DNA of 64,000 nt from Escherichia coli (GCF_045037415.1 NZ_CP173438.1); one strand, 5' to 3'; shown: positions 27,227 to 40,377, counted from the stretch's first letter. Notes: generated from the letters alone by a model not told the origin. Numbers and translations: made by a program.

Positions 27227-28870
27227 ATGGAACTTCTTGTACTTGTCTGGCGGCAGTATCGCTGGCCATTTATCAGTGTGATGGCGCTAAGCCTCGCCAG
27301 TGCGGCATTAGGCATTGGCTTAATTGCTTTTATCAATCAGCGCCTTATCGAAACGGCGGATACCAGTCTGCTGGTATTGCCGGAGTTTCTGGGGTTATTG
27401 CTGCTGTTGATGGCAGTCACTCTCGGATCGCAACTGGCGCTCACCACTTTGGGGCATCACTTCGTTTACCGACTGCGTAGTGAATTTATCAAGCGGATTC
27501 TGGATACCCATGTCGAGCGCATTGAACAACTTGGTAGCGCCTCGTTGCTGGCGGGGTTAACCAGCGATGTGCGCAATATCACCATTGCTTTTGTGCGTCT
27601 GCCGGAACTGGTGCAGGGGATCATTCTCACTATCGGTTCAGCGGCGTATTTGTGGATGCTGTCGGGCAAAATGTTGCTGGTAACGGCTATCTGGATGGCA
27701 GTCACCATCTGGGGTGGTTTTATACTGGTGGCGCGGGTGTACAAACATATGGCGACCCTGCGTGAAACCGAAGATAAGCTGTACACGGATTTTCAAACCG
27801 TACTCGAAGGGCGCAAAGAGCTGACTCTGAACCGTGAACGCGCCGAGTATGTGTTTAACAACCTCTACATTCCTGATGCGCAAGAGTATCGCCATCATAT
27901 TATCCGCGCAGACACCTTCCATCTTAGTGCCGTGAACTGGTCAAACATCATGATGCTGGGCGCAATCGGCCTGGTGTTCTGGATGGCGAACAGTCTCGGT
28001 TGGGCTGATACCAACGTTGCCGCGACCTATTCGTTGACGTTGTTATTCCTGCGTACGCCGCTGCTTTCGGCGGTTGGCGCGTTGCCGACGCTACTGACGG
28101 CGCAGGTGGCGTTTAATAAGCTGAACAAATTCGCGCTCGCGCCTTTCAAAGCAGAGTTTCCGCGCCCGCAGGCGTTTCCCAACTGGCAAACGCTGGAGCT
28201 GCGTAACGTGACGTTTAGCTATCAGGATAACGCGTTTTCCGTTGGTCCAATTAATCTCACCATTAAACGTGGCGAGCTGCTGTTTCTGATTGGTGGCAAC
28301 GGTAGTGGAAAATCGACGCTGGCGATGTTGCTGACGGGCTTGTACCAGCCACAAAATGGCGAAATCTTGCTGGATGGCAAACCTGTCAGCGGCGAACAAC
28401 CGGAAGATTATCGAAAACTGTTTTCGGCAGTGTTTACCGATGTCTGGCTGTTTGATCAACTGCTGGGGCCGGAGGGGCAACCCGCTAACCCGCAACTGGT
28501 TGAGAAGTGGCTGGCGCAGCTGAAAATGGCTCATAAGCTTGAGTTAAGCAACGGGCGTATTGTTAACCTGAAGTTATCAAAAGGGCAGAAAAAACGCGTG
28601 GCGCTGTTGCTGGCGCTGGCAGAAGAACGCGATATTATCCTGCTGGATGAATGGGCGGCGGATCAGGATCCACACTTCCGTCGTGAGTTTTATCAGGTGC
28701 TGCTGCCGCTGATGCAGGAGATGGGTAAAACTATTTTCGCCATCAGTCATGATGATCATTACTTTATCCACGCCGACCGCCTGCTGGAAATGCGCAACGG
28801 GCAACTTAGCGAGCTGACAGGCGAAGAGCGCGATGCTGCTTCGCGTGATGCCGTTGCCCGGACAGCATAA
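27227..28870 (+). CDS. yojI: ABC transporter (fused permease/ATPase), microcin J25 efflux
   Basis: 547-aa ORF; N-terminal transmembrane region then Walker A (GGNGSGKST) and ABC signature. Confidence 0.9.
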   Translation: MELLVLVWRQYRWPFISVMALSLASAALGIGLIAFINQRLIETADTSLLVLPEFLGLLLLLMAVTLGSQLALTTLGHHFVYRLRSEFIKRILDTHVERIEQLGSASLLAGLTSDVRNITIAFVRLPELVQGIILTIGSAAYLWMLSGKMLLVTAIWMAVTIWGGFILVARVYKHMATLRETEDKLYTDFQTVLEGRKELTLNRERAEYVFNNLYIPDAQEYRHHIIRADTFHLSAVNWSNIMMLGAIGLVFWMANSLGWADTNVAATYSLTLLFLRTPLLSAVGALPTLLTAQVAFNKLNKFALAPFKAEFPRPQAFPNWQTLELRNVTFSYQDNAFSVGPINLTIKRGELLFLIGGNGSGKSTLAMLLTGLYQPQNGEILLDGKPVSGEQPEDYRKLFSAVFTDVWLFDQLLGPEGQPANPQLVEKWLAQLKMAHKLELSNGRIVNLKLSKGQKKRVALLLALAEERDIILLDEWAADQDPHFRREFYQVLLPLMQEMGKTIFAISHDDHYFIHADRLLEMRNGQLSELTGEERDAASRDAVARTA

Positions 28871-29075
28871 TATTACGACGCTGACCTGGCGGACTGCTGC
28901 CGCCAGGTCAATATTCTAAAAATACCTTCGTTTCTAATAACCCTATAATTAATCAACGAAATTATAATGTTTCTAAAATTAGAATATAATTTATAAACAT
29001 TATTTAAATGTTGTTACTTAAGTGTTACCGTTGATGCCGCGCAAATCTCACCTGCAATAAAGCGACTAAAAGTAA

Positions 29076-30734
<1,659 letters not shown>

Positions 30735-30735
30735 T

Positions 30736-30862
30736 GATGTGCCACATCCGGCATGGTTTGCCGGATGTGGCGTATGCTGATAAGACGCTTCAGCGTCGCA
30801 TCAGGCAACCGGCTCGGGCGTTAGATGTCGGATGCGGCGTAACCGCCTTATTCGGCCTACAG
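30736..30862. repeat. REP elements (BIME) between mqo and eco
   Basis: Imperfect palindromic units GCCGGATGTGGCGT...GATAAGACGC...GCATCAGGC / GTCGGATGCGGCGTAA... Confidence 0.65.
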
Positions 30863-30883
30863 GTTGCAGCACTTCAAAGCAGT

Positions 30884-31372
30884 TTAGCGAACAACCGCGT
30901 TGTCAATTTTCTCTTCCGCCTTCCAGACACGGTACTTCACATCCACATTGTCTGGCGTATACACCACGATCGGCAGCTTGCTGTTGTAACGCAGCATTCC
31001 AGCATCGCCCAGATACGCGGTGACAAATTTCTTCTCTTTCTTGCCATCCGGGCAGGCCATCATCGTGGAAACCGGCGAGCTAACTTTATCAAAGACATAA
31101 TAATCATAGCCCCAGCCTTCCAGCGTTTTGCTTTCCAGCTTCCCGCCGAGACGATGCAAATTGCAGTCGACTTCCAGCGTCTGACCGATTAACAGTTCTA
31201 CTTTCAGGGTAGATTCATCTTCTTGCGGAGTTAACTGAATCACCTGACGCTTCATGCCTTTTTCAGCTTGTGGATAAGGCGCGATTTTTTCCAGTGGCTG
31301 GACGCTCTCTGCCGCCCAGGCGGAAGTGGTGGCGAAAGCGGCAAACAATACTGCAGGTAGAATGGTCTTCAT
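30884..31372 (-). CDS. eco: ecotin (periplasmic serine protease inhibitor)
   Basis: ORF track 30884..31393; native start [20 protein letters not shown] at 31372 (162 aa). Confidence 0.95.
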
Positions 31373-31554
31373 TTTTTTGCTTTCCTTCTTCATTTATAGG
31401 TTTTCACCGATGATGTCGCTGAAGGTTAACATATTCATCAGATTTATTAATTTGCTTTATGAATAACTTAAAGAACATTCAGATAATTTTACCTGCTCTT
31501 TTAGTGTTAAATTCTGATGAGAAAACAAACCAGCAGAAATATCTCTGGCGAATT

Positions 31555-31582
31555 AATCGCTATATAAATATGTTTATAACCA
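31555..31582 (+). promoter_or_regulatory. Candidate ModE binding site upstream of napF
   Basis: ATCGCTATATAAATATGTTTATAACC (TATAT-N-TAYAT type), centred about 134 nt upstream of the inferred napF transcription start. Confidence 0.45.
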
Positions 31583-31631
31583 TTTGAAATGTGAGCAAAA
31601 GCCCGTTTTTGCCACGCTTCCCGCCACTCTT

Positions 31632-31666
31632 TTGATCCTGCTACAGGTTTTACCCCGATCGGGGTA
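31632..31666 (+). promoter_or_regulatory. napF promoter: FNR half-site plus NarP/NarL 7-2-7 site
   Basis: TTGAT-cctg-CTACA (FNR-like, left half exact) centred 20 bp upstream of the perfect palindrome TACCCCG-AT-CGGGGTA; spacing matches the -64.5/-44.5 arrangement described for napF. Confidence 0.55.
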
Positions 31667-31779
31667 TGCATCTTTGACACATCCTTTAATATCTTAGCGG
31701 CTATAAAAATGGCTTATTAATTATGCGGTTTATTTGGTCGCTCTCAATTTTCAGAGCGCGTTAATGATGGAAGGTCAAT

Positions 31780-32274
31780 GTGAAGATTGATGCATCCCGT
31801 CGGGGCATACTCACTGGTCGCTGGCGCAAAGCCAGTAACGGTATCCGTCCGCCCTGGTCCGGTGATGAATCTCATTTTCTGACCCATTGCACCCGCTGCG
31901 ACGCCTGTATTAATGCTTGTGAAAACAACATTCTGCAACGCGGCGCGGGTAGCTATCCGAGCGTTAATTTCAAAAATAACGAGTGCAGCTTCTGTTACGC
32001 CTGCGCGCAGGCTTGCCCCGAATCGCTATTTTCTCCGCGCCACACCAGGGCCTGGGATTTGCAGTTCACCATTGGGGACGCGTGCCTGGCGTATCAGTCA
32101 GTTGAATGCCGCCGCTGTCAGGATAGCTGTGAGCCAATGGCAATTATCTTTCGCCCGACGCTCTCCGGGATCTACCAGCCGCAACTTAATAGCCAACTTT
32201 GCAACGGATGTGGAGCATGTGCAGCCAGCTGTCCGGTATCAGCCATAACTGCGGAGTATCTCCATGCACACTAA
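31780..32274 (+). CDS. napF: ferredoxin-type protein NapF
   Basis: 164-aa ORF with several CxxCxxCxxxCP 4Fe-4S motifs; first gene of the nap operon. Confidence 0.9.
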   Translation: MKIDASRRGILTGRWRKASNGIRPPWSGDESHFLTHCTRCDACINACENNILQRGAGSYPSVNFKNNECSFCYACAQACPESLFSPRHTRAWDLQFTIGDACLAYQSVECRRCQDSCEPMAIIFRPTLSGIYQPQLNSQLCNGCGACAASCPVSAITAEYLHAH

Positions 32275-32527
32275 CTGGCAAGTTTGCAGCCTGGTCGTGC
32301 AGGCCAAAAGCGAACGAATTTCAGACATCAGCACCCAACTGAACGCCTTTACCGGCTGTGAAGTTGCTGTCAGCGACGCGCCGAGCGGTCAGTTGATTGT
32401 GGTGGTGGAAGCAGAAGACAGCGAAACGCTGATCCAAACCATTGAGTCAGTACGCAACGTAGAGGGCGTGCTGGCGGTGTCGCTGGTTTATCACCAGCAG
32501 GAAGAGCAAGGTGAGGAAACACCATGA
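32264..32527 (+). CDS. napD: NapA chaperone NapD
   Basis: 87-aa ORF overlapping napF by 11 nt; its stop overlaps the native napA ATG (ATGA at 32524-32527). Confidence 0.9.
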   Translation: MHTNWQVCSLVVQAKSERISDISTQLNAFTGCEVAVSDAPSGQLIVVVEAEDSETLIQTIESVRNVEGVLAVSLVYHQQEEQGEETP

Positions 32528-32563
32528 AACTCAGTCGTCGTAGCTTTATGAAAGCTAACGCCG

Positions 32564-35011
32564 TTGCGGCCGCTGCGGCGGCTGCCGGTTCTCAGCGTGC
32601 CGGGCGTTGCCCGCGCCGTTGTTGGTCAGCAGGAAGCCATTAAATGGGATAAAGCGCCGTGCCGTTTCTGCGGTACGGGTTGCGGCGTTCTGGTCGGAAC
32701 GCAGCAGGGGCGTGTGGTGGCTTGTCAGGGCGACCCGGACGCACCGGTTAACCGTGGCCTGAACTGCATTAAGGGCTATTTCCTGCCCAAAATCATGTAC
32801 GGTAAAGACCGTTTGACGCAGCCGCTGCTGCGTATGAAAAACGGTAAATATGATAAAGAAGGCGAATTTACCCCAATCACCTGGGATCAGGCCTTCGATG
32901 TGATGGAAGAGAAATTCAAAACCGCCCTGAAAGAAAAAGGGCCGGAATCGATCGGTATGTTCGGTTCTGGTCAGTGGACTATCTGGGAAGGTTATGCCGC
33001 GTCCAAGCTGTTTAAAGCGGGCTTCCGTTCGAACAACATCGACCCGAACGCGCGTCACTGTATGGCGTCGGCAGTAGTTGGCTTTATGCGTACCTTTGGT
33101 ATGGATGAGCCGATGGGCTGCTATGACGACATCGAGCAGGCTGACGCGTTTGTGCTGTGGGGCGCAAACATGGCGGAGATGCACCCGATCCTCTGGTCGC
33201 GCATCACTAACCGTCGTCTCTCTAACCAGAACGTTACCGTGGCGGTGCTTTCTACCTACCAGCATCGTAGCTTCGAGCTGGCGGATAACGGCATCATCTT
33301 TACGCCGCAATCTGACCTGGTGATCCTGAACTATATCGCCAACTATATCATTCAAAACAATGCGATAAATCAGGACTTCTTCAGCAAACACGTTAACCTG
33401 CGCAAAGGGGCGACGGACATCGGCTACGGTTTACGTCCGACCCATCCGCTGGAAAAAGCAGCGAAGAATCCGGGTTCTGACGCCTCCGAACCGATGAGCT
33501 TTGAAGATTACAAAGCCTTCGTTGCTGAATATACGCTGGAAAAAACCGCCGAAATGACCGGCGTGCCGAAAGACCAGTTAGAACAACTGGCGCAGCTGTA
33601 TGCCGATCCGAACAAGAAAGTCATCTCCTACTGGACGATGGGCTTCAACCAGCATACCCGTGGTGTGTGGGCCAACAACCTGGTCTACAACCTGCACCTG
33701 CTGACCGGCAAAATTTCCCAGCCGGGTTGCGGTCCGTTCTCCCTGACCGGGCAGCCTTCCGCGTGTGGTACTGCGCGTGAAGTGGGCACCTTTGCTCACC
33801 GTCTGCCTGCGGACATGGTGGTGACTAACGAGAAACATCGTGATATTTGCGAGAAGAAGTGGAATATCCCGAGTGGCACCATTCCGGCGAAAATCGGTCT
33901 GCACGCGGTGGCACAAGACCGTGCGCTGAAAGACGGCAAACTGAATGTTTACTGGACCATGTGTACCAATAACATGCAGGCCGGACCGAACATTAATGAA
34001 GAGCGTATGCCGGGCTGGCGCGATCCGCGCAACTTTATCATCGTTTCCGATCCATATCCGACGGTCAGTGCGCTGGCAGCGGACTTGATCCTGCCGACCG
34101 CAATGTGGGTAGAGAAAGAGGGGGCTTACGGTAATGCCGAACGCCGTACTCAGTTCTGGCGTCAGCAGGTACAGGCACCGGGTGAAGCAAAATCGGATCT
34201 CTGGCAGTTAGTTCAGTTCTCCCGTCGCTTCAAAACTGAAGAAGTGTGGCCGGAAGAGCTGCTGGCTAAGAAACCGGAACTGCGTGGCAAAACGCTGTAT
34301 GAGGTTCTGTATGCCACTCCGGAAGTGAGCAAATTCCCGGTATCCGAACTGGCGGAAGATCAGCTGAACGACGAATCTCGCGAGCTGGGCTTCTATCTGC
34401 AAAAAGGGTTGTTCGAAGAGTACGCATGGTTTGGTCGCGGTCACGGTCACGATCTCGCGCCGTTCGATGATTACCACAAAGCACGCGGTCTGCGCTGGCC
34501 GGTGGTGAACGGTAAAGAAACGCAGTGGCGTTACAGCGAAGGTAACGACCCGTACGTGAAAGCGGGCGAAGGCTACAAGTTCTACGGTAAACCGGATGGC
34601 AAAGCGGTGATCTTCGCGCTGCCGTTCGAACCTGCGGCGGAAGCGCCGGATGAAGAGTACGACCTGTGGCTCTCTACCGGACGCGTCCTGGAGCACTGGC
34701 ATACCGGCAGTATGACTCGCCGTGTACCGGAACTGCACCGCGCCTTCCCGGAAGCGGTTCTGTTTATTCACCCGCTGGATGCGAAAGCGCGCGATCTGCG
34801 CCGTGGCGACAAAGTGAAAGTGGTTTCTCGCCGTGGCGAAGTGATCTCGATTGTCGAAACGCGCGGTCGTAACCGTCCGCCGCAGGGCCTGGTGTACATG
34901 CCGTTCTTCGACGCCGCACAGCTGGTTAACAAACTGACGCTGGATGCGACCGATCCGCTCTCGAAAGAGACGGACTTCAAGAAGTGCGCGGTCAAACTGG
35001 AGAAGGTGTAA
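32564..35011 (+). CDS. napA: periplasmic nitrate reductase catalytic subunit NapA; Tat signal region frameshifted as given
   Basis: 815-aa ORF from TTG 32564 carries the 4Fe-4S motif CRFCGTGC and the molybdopterin domain; the native ATG at 32524 encodes the twin-arginine signal [22 protein letters not shown] in a different frame that stops at about 32641. Confidence 0.85.
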   Translation: MRPLRRLPVLSVPGVARAVVGQQEAIKWDKAPCRFCGTGCGVLVGTQQGRVVACQGDPDAPVNRGLNCIKGYFLPKIMYGKDRLTQPLLRMKNGKYDKEGEFTPITWDQAFDVMEEKFKTALKEKGPESIGMFGSGQWTIWEGYAASKLFKAGFRSNNIDPNARHCMASAVVGFMRTFGMDEPMGCYDDIEQADAFVLWGANMAEMHPILWSRITNRRLSNQNVTVAVLSTYQHRSFELADNGIIFTPQSDLVILNYIANYIIQNNAINQDFFSKHVNLRKGATDIGYGLRPTHPLEKAAKNPGSDASEPMSFEDYKAFVAEYTLEKTAEMTGVPKDQLEQLAQLYADPNKKVISYWTMGFNQHTRGVWANNLVYNLHLLTGKISQPGCGPFSLTGQPSACGTAREVGTFAHRLPADMVVTNEKHRDICEKKWNIPSGTIPAKIGLHAVAQDRALKDGKLNVYWTMCTNNMQAGPNINEERMPGWRDPRNFIIVSDPYPTVSALAADLILPTAMWVEKEGAYGNAERRTQFWRQQVQAPGEAKSDLWQLVQFSRRFKTEEVWPEELLAKKPELRGKTLYEVLYATPEVSKFPVSELAEDQLNDESRELGFYLQKGLFEEYAWFGRGHGHDLAPFDDYHKARGLRWPVVNGKETQWRYSEGNDPYVKAGEGYKFYGKPDGKAVIFALPFEPAAEAPDEEYDLWLSTGRVLEHWHTGSMTRRVPELHRAFPEAVLFIHPLDAKARDLRRGDKVKVVSRRGEVISIVETRGRNRPPQGLVYMPFFDAAQLVNKLTLDATDPLSKETDFKKCAVKLEKV

Positions 35012-35017
35012 GCCATT

Positions 35018-35713
35018 ATGTCCCGGTCAGCGAAACCTCAAAATGGTCGCCGCCGCTTTCTGCGCGATGTCGTTCGCACAGCAGGCGGGCTGGCTGCCGT
35101 GGGTGTGGCGCTGGGGTTACAACAGCAAACCGCACGCGCATCTGGTGTGCGGTTGCGCCCGCCCGGAGCCATAAACGAGAACGCCTTTGCCAGTGCCTGT
35201 GTGCGTTGCGGTCAGTGTGTTCAGGCTTGCCCTTACGACACCTTAAAACTGGCGACGCTGGCCTCTGGTCTGTCGGCGGGCACGCCATATTTTGTCGCAC
35301 GGGATATTCCTTGCGAAATGTGTGAGGACATTCCGTGCGCCAAAGTGTGCCCGAGCGGTGCGCTGGATCGTGAGATCGAATCGATCGACGACGCGCGGAT
35401 GGGGCTGGCGGTACTGGTGGACCAGGAAAACTGTCTCAACTTTCAGGGGCTGCGCTGCGATGTTTGTTATCGCGAATGCCCGAAAATTGATGAGGCCATC
35501 ACCCTGGAGCTGGAGCGCAACACGCGAACCGGTAAGCACGCCCGCTTTCTGCCGACGGTTCACAGCGACGCCTGTACCGGCTGCGGTAAGTGCGAAAAAG
35601 TGTGCGTGCTGGAACAACCGGCAATCAAGGTGTTACCGCTGTCACTGGCGAAAGGGGAGTTAGGTCACCATTACCGCTTCGGCTGGCTGGAGGGGAACAA
35701 TGGCAAATCGTAA
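35018..35713 (+). CDS. napG: ferredoxin-type protein NapG
   Basis: 231-aa ORF; Tat-like signal (RRRFLRDV); four Cys clusters. Confidence 0.9.
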
Positions 35714-36563
35714 ACGTGACGCCGGGCGCGAGGCGCTGGAGAAAAAAGGCTGGTGGCGCAGTCACCGTTGGTTAGTGTTACGTCGCCTTTGTCAGTTCTT
35801 CGTGCTGGGGATGTTTTTGAGCGGTCCGTGGTTTGGTGTGTGGATCTTGCACGGCAACTACAGCAGTAGCCTGTTATTCGACACCGTTCCACTGACCGAT
35901 CCGCTGATGACACTGCAAAGTCTTGCCAGCGGTCATCTGCCTGCCACGGTAGCGCTGACTGGTGCGGTGATTATCACCGTGCTCTACGCCCTGGCAGGAA
36001 AGCGATTATTTTGCAGCTGGGTCTGCCCGCTGAACCCGATTACCGACTTAGCAAATTGGTTACGCAGACGATTTGACCTCAATCAGTCTGCGACGATCCC
36101 TCGCCACATTCGCTACGTGCTGTTGGTGATCATTCTGGTGGGATCGGCCTTAACTGGCACGCTCATCTGGGAATGGATCAACCCCGTTTCCCTGATGGGG
36201 CGTAGCCTGGTAATGGGCTTCGGCAGCGGCGCGCTGCTTATTCTCGCGCTGTTTTTATTTGATCTACTGGTCGTTGAACACGGCTGGTGCGGGCACATTT
36301 GTCCGGTTGGTGCACTGTATGGCGTGCTGGGTAGCAAAGGTGTGATTACCGTTGCGGCCACCGATCGGCAGAAATGTAACCGCTGTATGGATTGTTTTCA
36401 TGTTTGCCCGGAACCGCATGTGCTACGTGCCCCGGTGCTGGATGAACAAAGCCCGGTGCAGGTCACCAGCCGCGATTGCATGACGTGCGGTCGCTGCGTG
36501 GATGTCTGTTCTGAGGATGTATTTACAATAACTACACGATGGAGTTCGGGAGCGAAATCATGA
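35700..36563 (+). CDS. napH: membrane-bound ferredoxin-type protein NapH
   Basis: 287-aa ORF; transmembrane segments plus CxxCxxC motifs; overlaps napG by 14 nt. Confidence 0.9.
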
Positions 36564-37009
36564 AAAGCCATGACCTGAAGAAAGCGCTGTGTCAATGGAC
36601 GGCGATGCTGGCCCTGGTGGTAAGCGGCGCGGTTTGGGCGGCTAATGGCGTCGATTTTAGCCAGTCGCCGGAAGTATCCGGGACGCAGGAAGGGGCCATT
36701 CGGATGCCAAAAGAGCAGGATCGGATGCCGCTGAACTATGTGAATCAGCCGCCAATGATCCCGCATAGCGTTGAAGGTTATCAGGTAACGACCAATACCA
36801 ACCGCTGCTTGCAGTGCCACGGTGTCGAAAGTTATCGCACCACTGGCGCGCCGCGCATTAGTCCTACTCACTTTATGGACAGCGACGGCAAAGTGGGCGC
36901 GGAAGTGGCTCCGCGTCGTTATTTCTGTCTGCAATGTCACGTACCGCAGGCCGATACCGCGCCAATCGTGGGGAATACCTTTACCCCGTCAAAAGGTTAC
37001 GGGAAATAA
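36560..37009 (+). CDS. napB: diheme cytochrome c NapB
   Basis: ORF track 36539..37009; native start MKSHDLKK at 36560 (149 aa); two CxxCH motifs (CLQCH twice). Confidence 0.9.
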   Translation: MKSHDLKKALCQWTAMLALVVSGAVWAANGVDFSQSPEVSGTQEGAIRMPKEQDRMPLNYVNQPPMIPHSVEGYQVTTNTNRCLQCHGVESYRTTGAPRISPTHFMDSDGKVGAEVAPRRYFCLQCHVPQADTAPIVGNTFTPSKGYGK

Positions 37010-37018
37010 GAGGTTATT

Positions 37019-37621
37019 ATGGGAAATTCTGACCGTAAGCCTGGTCTGATTAAGCGCCTGTGGAAATGGTGGCGTACCCCCAGCCGTCTGGCGCTGGGGA
37101 CGCTGCTGTTGATCGGTTTTGTCGGTGGCATCGTCTTCTGGGGCGGCTTTAACACCGGGATGGAAAAAGCCAATACCGAAGAGTTCTGCATTAGCTGCCA
37201 CGAAATGCGTAACACGGTGTATCAGGAATACATGGATTCCGTGCACTACAACAACCGTAGCGGCGTCCGTGCGACCTGTCCGGATTGTCACGTTCCGCAC
37301 GAGTTTGTGCCAAAGATGATACGCAAGCTCAAAGCAAGTAAAGAGCTGTATGGTAAAATTTTTGGCGTTATTGACACGCCGCAGAAATTTGAAGCTCATC
37401 GCCTGACGATGGCACAGAATGAGTGGCGGCGCATGAAGGACAACAACTCGCAGGAGTGCCGTAACTGTCACAACTTCGAGTATATGGATACAACCGCCCA
37501 GAAATCGGTTGCCGCGAAGATGCATGACCAGGCGGTGAAAGATGGGCAAACCTGTATTGATTGCCATAAAGGGATAGCGCACAAGCTGCCCGACATGCGT
37601 GAAGTCGAGCCAGGTTTTTAA
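37019..37621 (+). CDS. napC: tetraheme cytochrome c NapC (quinol dehydrogenase)
   Basis: 200-aa ORF; N-terminal membrane anchor; four CxxCH motifs (CISCH, CPDCH, CRNCH, CIDCH). Confidence 0.95.
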   Translation: MGNSDRKPGLIKRLWKWWRTPSRLALGTLLLIGFVGGIVFWGGFNTGMEKANTEEFCISCHEMRNTVYQEYMDSVHYNNRSGVRATCPDCHVPHEFVPKMIRKLKASKELYGKIFGVIDTPQKFEAHRLTMAQNEWRRMKDNNSQECRNCHNFEYMDTTAQKSVAAKMHDQAVKDGQTCIDCHKGIAHKLPDMREVEPGF

Positions 37622-37633
37622 CAGGGTTATTGC

Positions 37634-38257
37634 GTGAGTATGCTTGAAGCCAGAGAGTTACTTTGCGAGCGGGATGAACGAACCTTATTTAGTGGTTTAT
37701 CATTTACGCTGAACGCAGGAGAGTGGGTACAAATCACCGGTAGCAACGGCGCGGGGAAGACAACGCTTCTCCGTTTGCTGACGGGGTTGTCTCGCCCTGA
37801 TGCAGGCGAGGTTCTCTGGCAAGGGCAGCCCTTGCATCAGGTACGCGACAGCTACCATCAAAACCTGTTATGGATAGGCCATCAGCCGGGGATCAAAACC
37901 CGGCTGACGGCGTTAGAAAATCTGCACTTTTATCATCGCGATGGCGATACCGCACAATGTCTGGAAGCCCTGGCGCAGGCCGGGCTTGCCGGATTCGAAG
38001 ATATTCCGGTAAATCAACTTTCTGCCGGGCAACAACGCCGCGTCGCTTTAGCGCGTCTGTGGCTGACCCGTGCCACGTTATGGATCCTCGACGAGCCTTT
38101 TACCGCGATTGACGTTAATGGCGTCGATCGTCTGACCCAGCGTATGGCGCAGCATACGGAGCAGGGGGGGATTGTGATTCTGACTACCCACCAGCCGCTC
38201 AACGTTGCTGAAAGTAAAATTCGCCGCATTTCACTGACGCAAACGAGGGCCGCATGA
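37634..38257 (+). CDS. ccmA: heme exporter ATP-binding protein CcmA
   Basis: 207-aa ORF, GTG start; Walker [10 protein letters not shown]; ABC signature LSAGQQRR. Confidence 0.95.
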   Translation: MSMLEARELLCERDERTLFSGLSFTLNAGEWVQITGSNGAGKTTLLRLLTGLSRPDAGEVLWQGQPLHQVRDSYHQNLLWIGHQPGIKTRLTALENLHFYHRDGDTAQCLEALAQAGLAGFEDIPVNQLSAGQQRRVALARLWLTRATLWILDEPFTAIDVNGVDRLTQRMAQHTEQGGIVILTTHQPLNVAESKIRRISLTQTRAA

Positions 38258-38916
38258 TGTTCTGGCGCATTTTCCGTCTTGAGCTGCGCGTAGCGTTTCG
38301 CCACAGCGCCGAAATCGCCAACCCGCTGTGGTTCTTCCTGATTGTCATTACCCTTTTTCCGCTCAGTATCGGTCCGGAGCCGCAACTGCTGGCGCGTATT
38401 GCGCCGGGTATTATCTGGGTTGCCGCGCTGCTTTCATCCTTGCTGGCACTCGAGCGACTGTTCCGTGACGATTTGCAGGACGGCAGTCTTGAACAATTGA
38501 TGTTGTTGCCGTTACCCTTGCCCGCCGTTGTGCTGGCGAAGGTGATGGCGCACTGGATGGTAACCGGTCTGCCGTTACTCATCCTTTCGCCCCTGGTAGC
38601 AATGCTACTGGGAATGGATGTTTATGGCTGGCAAGTGATGGCGTTAACGCTACTGCTGGGAACCCCTACGCTTGGCTTTCTTGGTGCGCCGGGCGTGGCG
38701 CTGACAGTGGGACTTAAGCGCGGTGGTGTGCTGCTCAGCATACTGGTGTTACCGCTGACTATCCCATTACTCATCTTTGCCACCGCCGCGATGGACGCGG
38801 CTTCTATGCATTTGCCCGTTGATGGGTATCTGGCAATTTTAGGCGCGTTGCTGGCAGGCACCGCGACATTAAGTCCTTTTGCGACGGCGGCAGCGTTACG
38901 AATCAGCATTCAATAA
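38254..38916 (+). CDS. ccmB: heme exporter membrane protein CcmB
   Basis: 220-aa hydrophobic ORF overlapping ccmA by 4 nt. Confidence 0.95.
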
Positions 38917-38957
38917 CGCTGGATTACTGATTTTTGTTCGAGTCTGGTATCGAAACT

Positions 38958-39695
38958 ATGTGGAAAACACTGCATCAACTGGCGATCCCACCACGGCTGT
39001 ATCAAATCTGTGGCTGGTTTATACCGTGGCTGGCAATTGCCAGTGTGGTCGTGCTTACCGTCGGCTGGATCTGGGGGTTCGGCTTTGCTCCGGCTGATTA
39101 TCAGCAGGGAAATAGCTACCGCATTATCTACCTGCATGTGCCTGCGGCGATCTGGTCGATGGGCATTTATGCATCAATGGCGGTGGCGGCGTTTATTGGC
39201 CTTGTCTGGCAGATGAAAATGGCCAACCTGGCGGTGGCGGCGATGGCCCCCATTGGTGCCGTGTTTACCTTTATTGCCCTGGTTACCGGCTCTGCATGGG
39301 GAAAACCGATGTGGGGCACCTGGTGGGTATGGGATGCACGTCTGACTTCTGAACTGGTGCTGCTGTTTCTGTATGTTGGTGTCATTGCCCTGTGGCACGC
39401 CTTCGACGACCGTCGTCTGGCTGGGCGTGCGGCAGGTATCCTGGTGCTGATTGGCGTGGTGAATCTGCCGATTATTCATTACTCCGTAGAGTGGTGGAAC
39501 ACCCTGCATCAGGGATCAACGCGAATGCAGCAAAGTATCGATCCGGCGATGCGTTCGCCGCTGCGCTGGTCGATTTTGGGCTTCCTGCTCCTGTCTGCCA
39601 CGCTGACGCTGATGCGGATGCGTAATTTGATTTTGCTGATGGAAAAACGCCGTCCGTGGGTGAGTGAACTGATACTGAAAAGAGGCCGTAAATGA
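38958..39695 (+). CDS. ccmC: heme exporter protein CcmC
   Basis: ORF track 38934..39695; native start MWKTLHQL at 38958 (245 aa); WGxxWxWD tryptophan-rich motif (WGTWWVWD). Confidence 0.95.
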   Translation: MWKTLHQLAIPPRLYQICGWFIPWLAIASVVVLTVGWIWGFGFAPADYQQGNSYRIIYLHVPAAIWSMGIYASMAVAAFIGLVWQMKMANLAVAAMAPIGAVFTFIALVTGSAWGKPMWGTWWVWDARLTSELVLLFLYVGVIALWHAFDDRRLAGRAAGILVLIGVVNLPIIHYSVEWWNTLHQGSTRMQQSIDPAMRSPLRWSILGFLLLSATLTLMRMRNLILLMEKRRPWVSELILKRGRK

Positions 39696-39901
39696 CCCCT
39701 GCATTTGCTTCCTGGAATGAATTTTTCGCAATGGGCGGTTACGCCTTTTTTGTCTGGCTGGCGGTGGTGATGACCGTTATTCCGCTGGTGGTTTTAGTCG
39801 TGCACTCGGTGATGCAACATCGCGCAATTCTGCGTGGCGTGGCGCAACAGCGGGCGCGTGAGGCGCGTTTACGTGCTGCGCAACAGCAGGAGGCTGCATG
39901 A
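39692..39901 (+). CDS. ccmD: heme exporter protein CcmD
   Basis: 69-aa single-pass membrane ORF; 4-nt overlaps on both sides. Confidence 0.9.
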
Positions 39902-40377
39902 ATATTCGCCGTAAAAACCGCTTGTGGATTGCCTGTGCCGTGCTGGCGGGGCTGGCGCTGACTATCGGTCTGGTGCTATATGCGCTGCGCTCGAATATCG
40001 ATCTCTTTTATACGCCGGGGGAGATTCTCTACGGCAAGCGTGAAACTCAGCAGATGCCGGAAGTCGGTCAGCGTCTGCGCGTTGGCGGGATGGTGATGCC
40101 GGGGAGTGTGCAGCGCGATCCCAATTCGCTAAAAGTAACTTTCACCATTTACGACGCTGAAGGTTCAGTAGATGTCTCTTACGAAGGCATTTTGCCGGAT
40201 CTGTTCCGTGAAGGGCAGGGCGTTGTGGTGCAGGGCGAACTGGAAAAAGGCAATCATATCCTCGCGAAAGAAGTGCTGGCGAAACACGATGAAAACTACA
40301 CGCCGCCAGAAGTTGAGAAAGCGATGGAAGCTAACCACCGTCGCCCGGCGAGTGTTTATAAGGACCCAGCATCATGA
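39898..40377 (+). CDS. ccmE: cytochrome c-type biogenesis heme chaperone CcmE
   Basis: 159-aa ORF with N-terminal membrane anchor. Confidence 0.95.
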
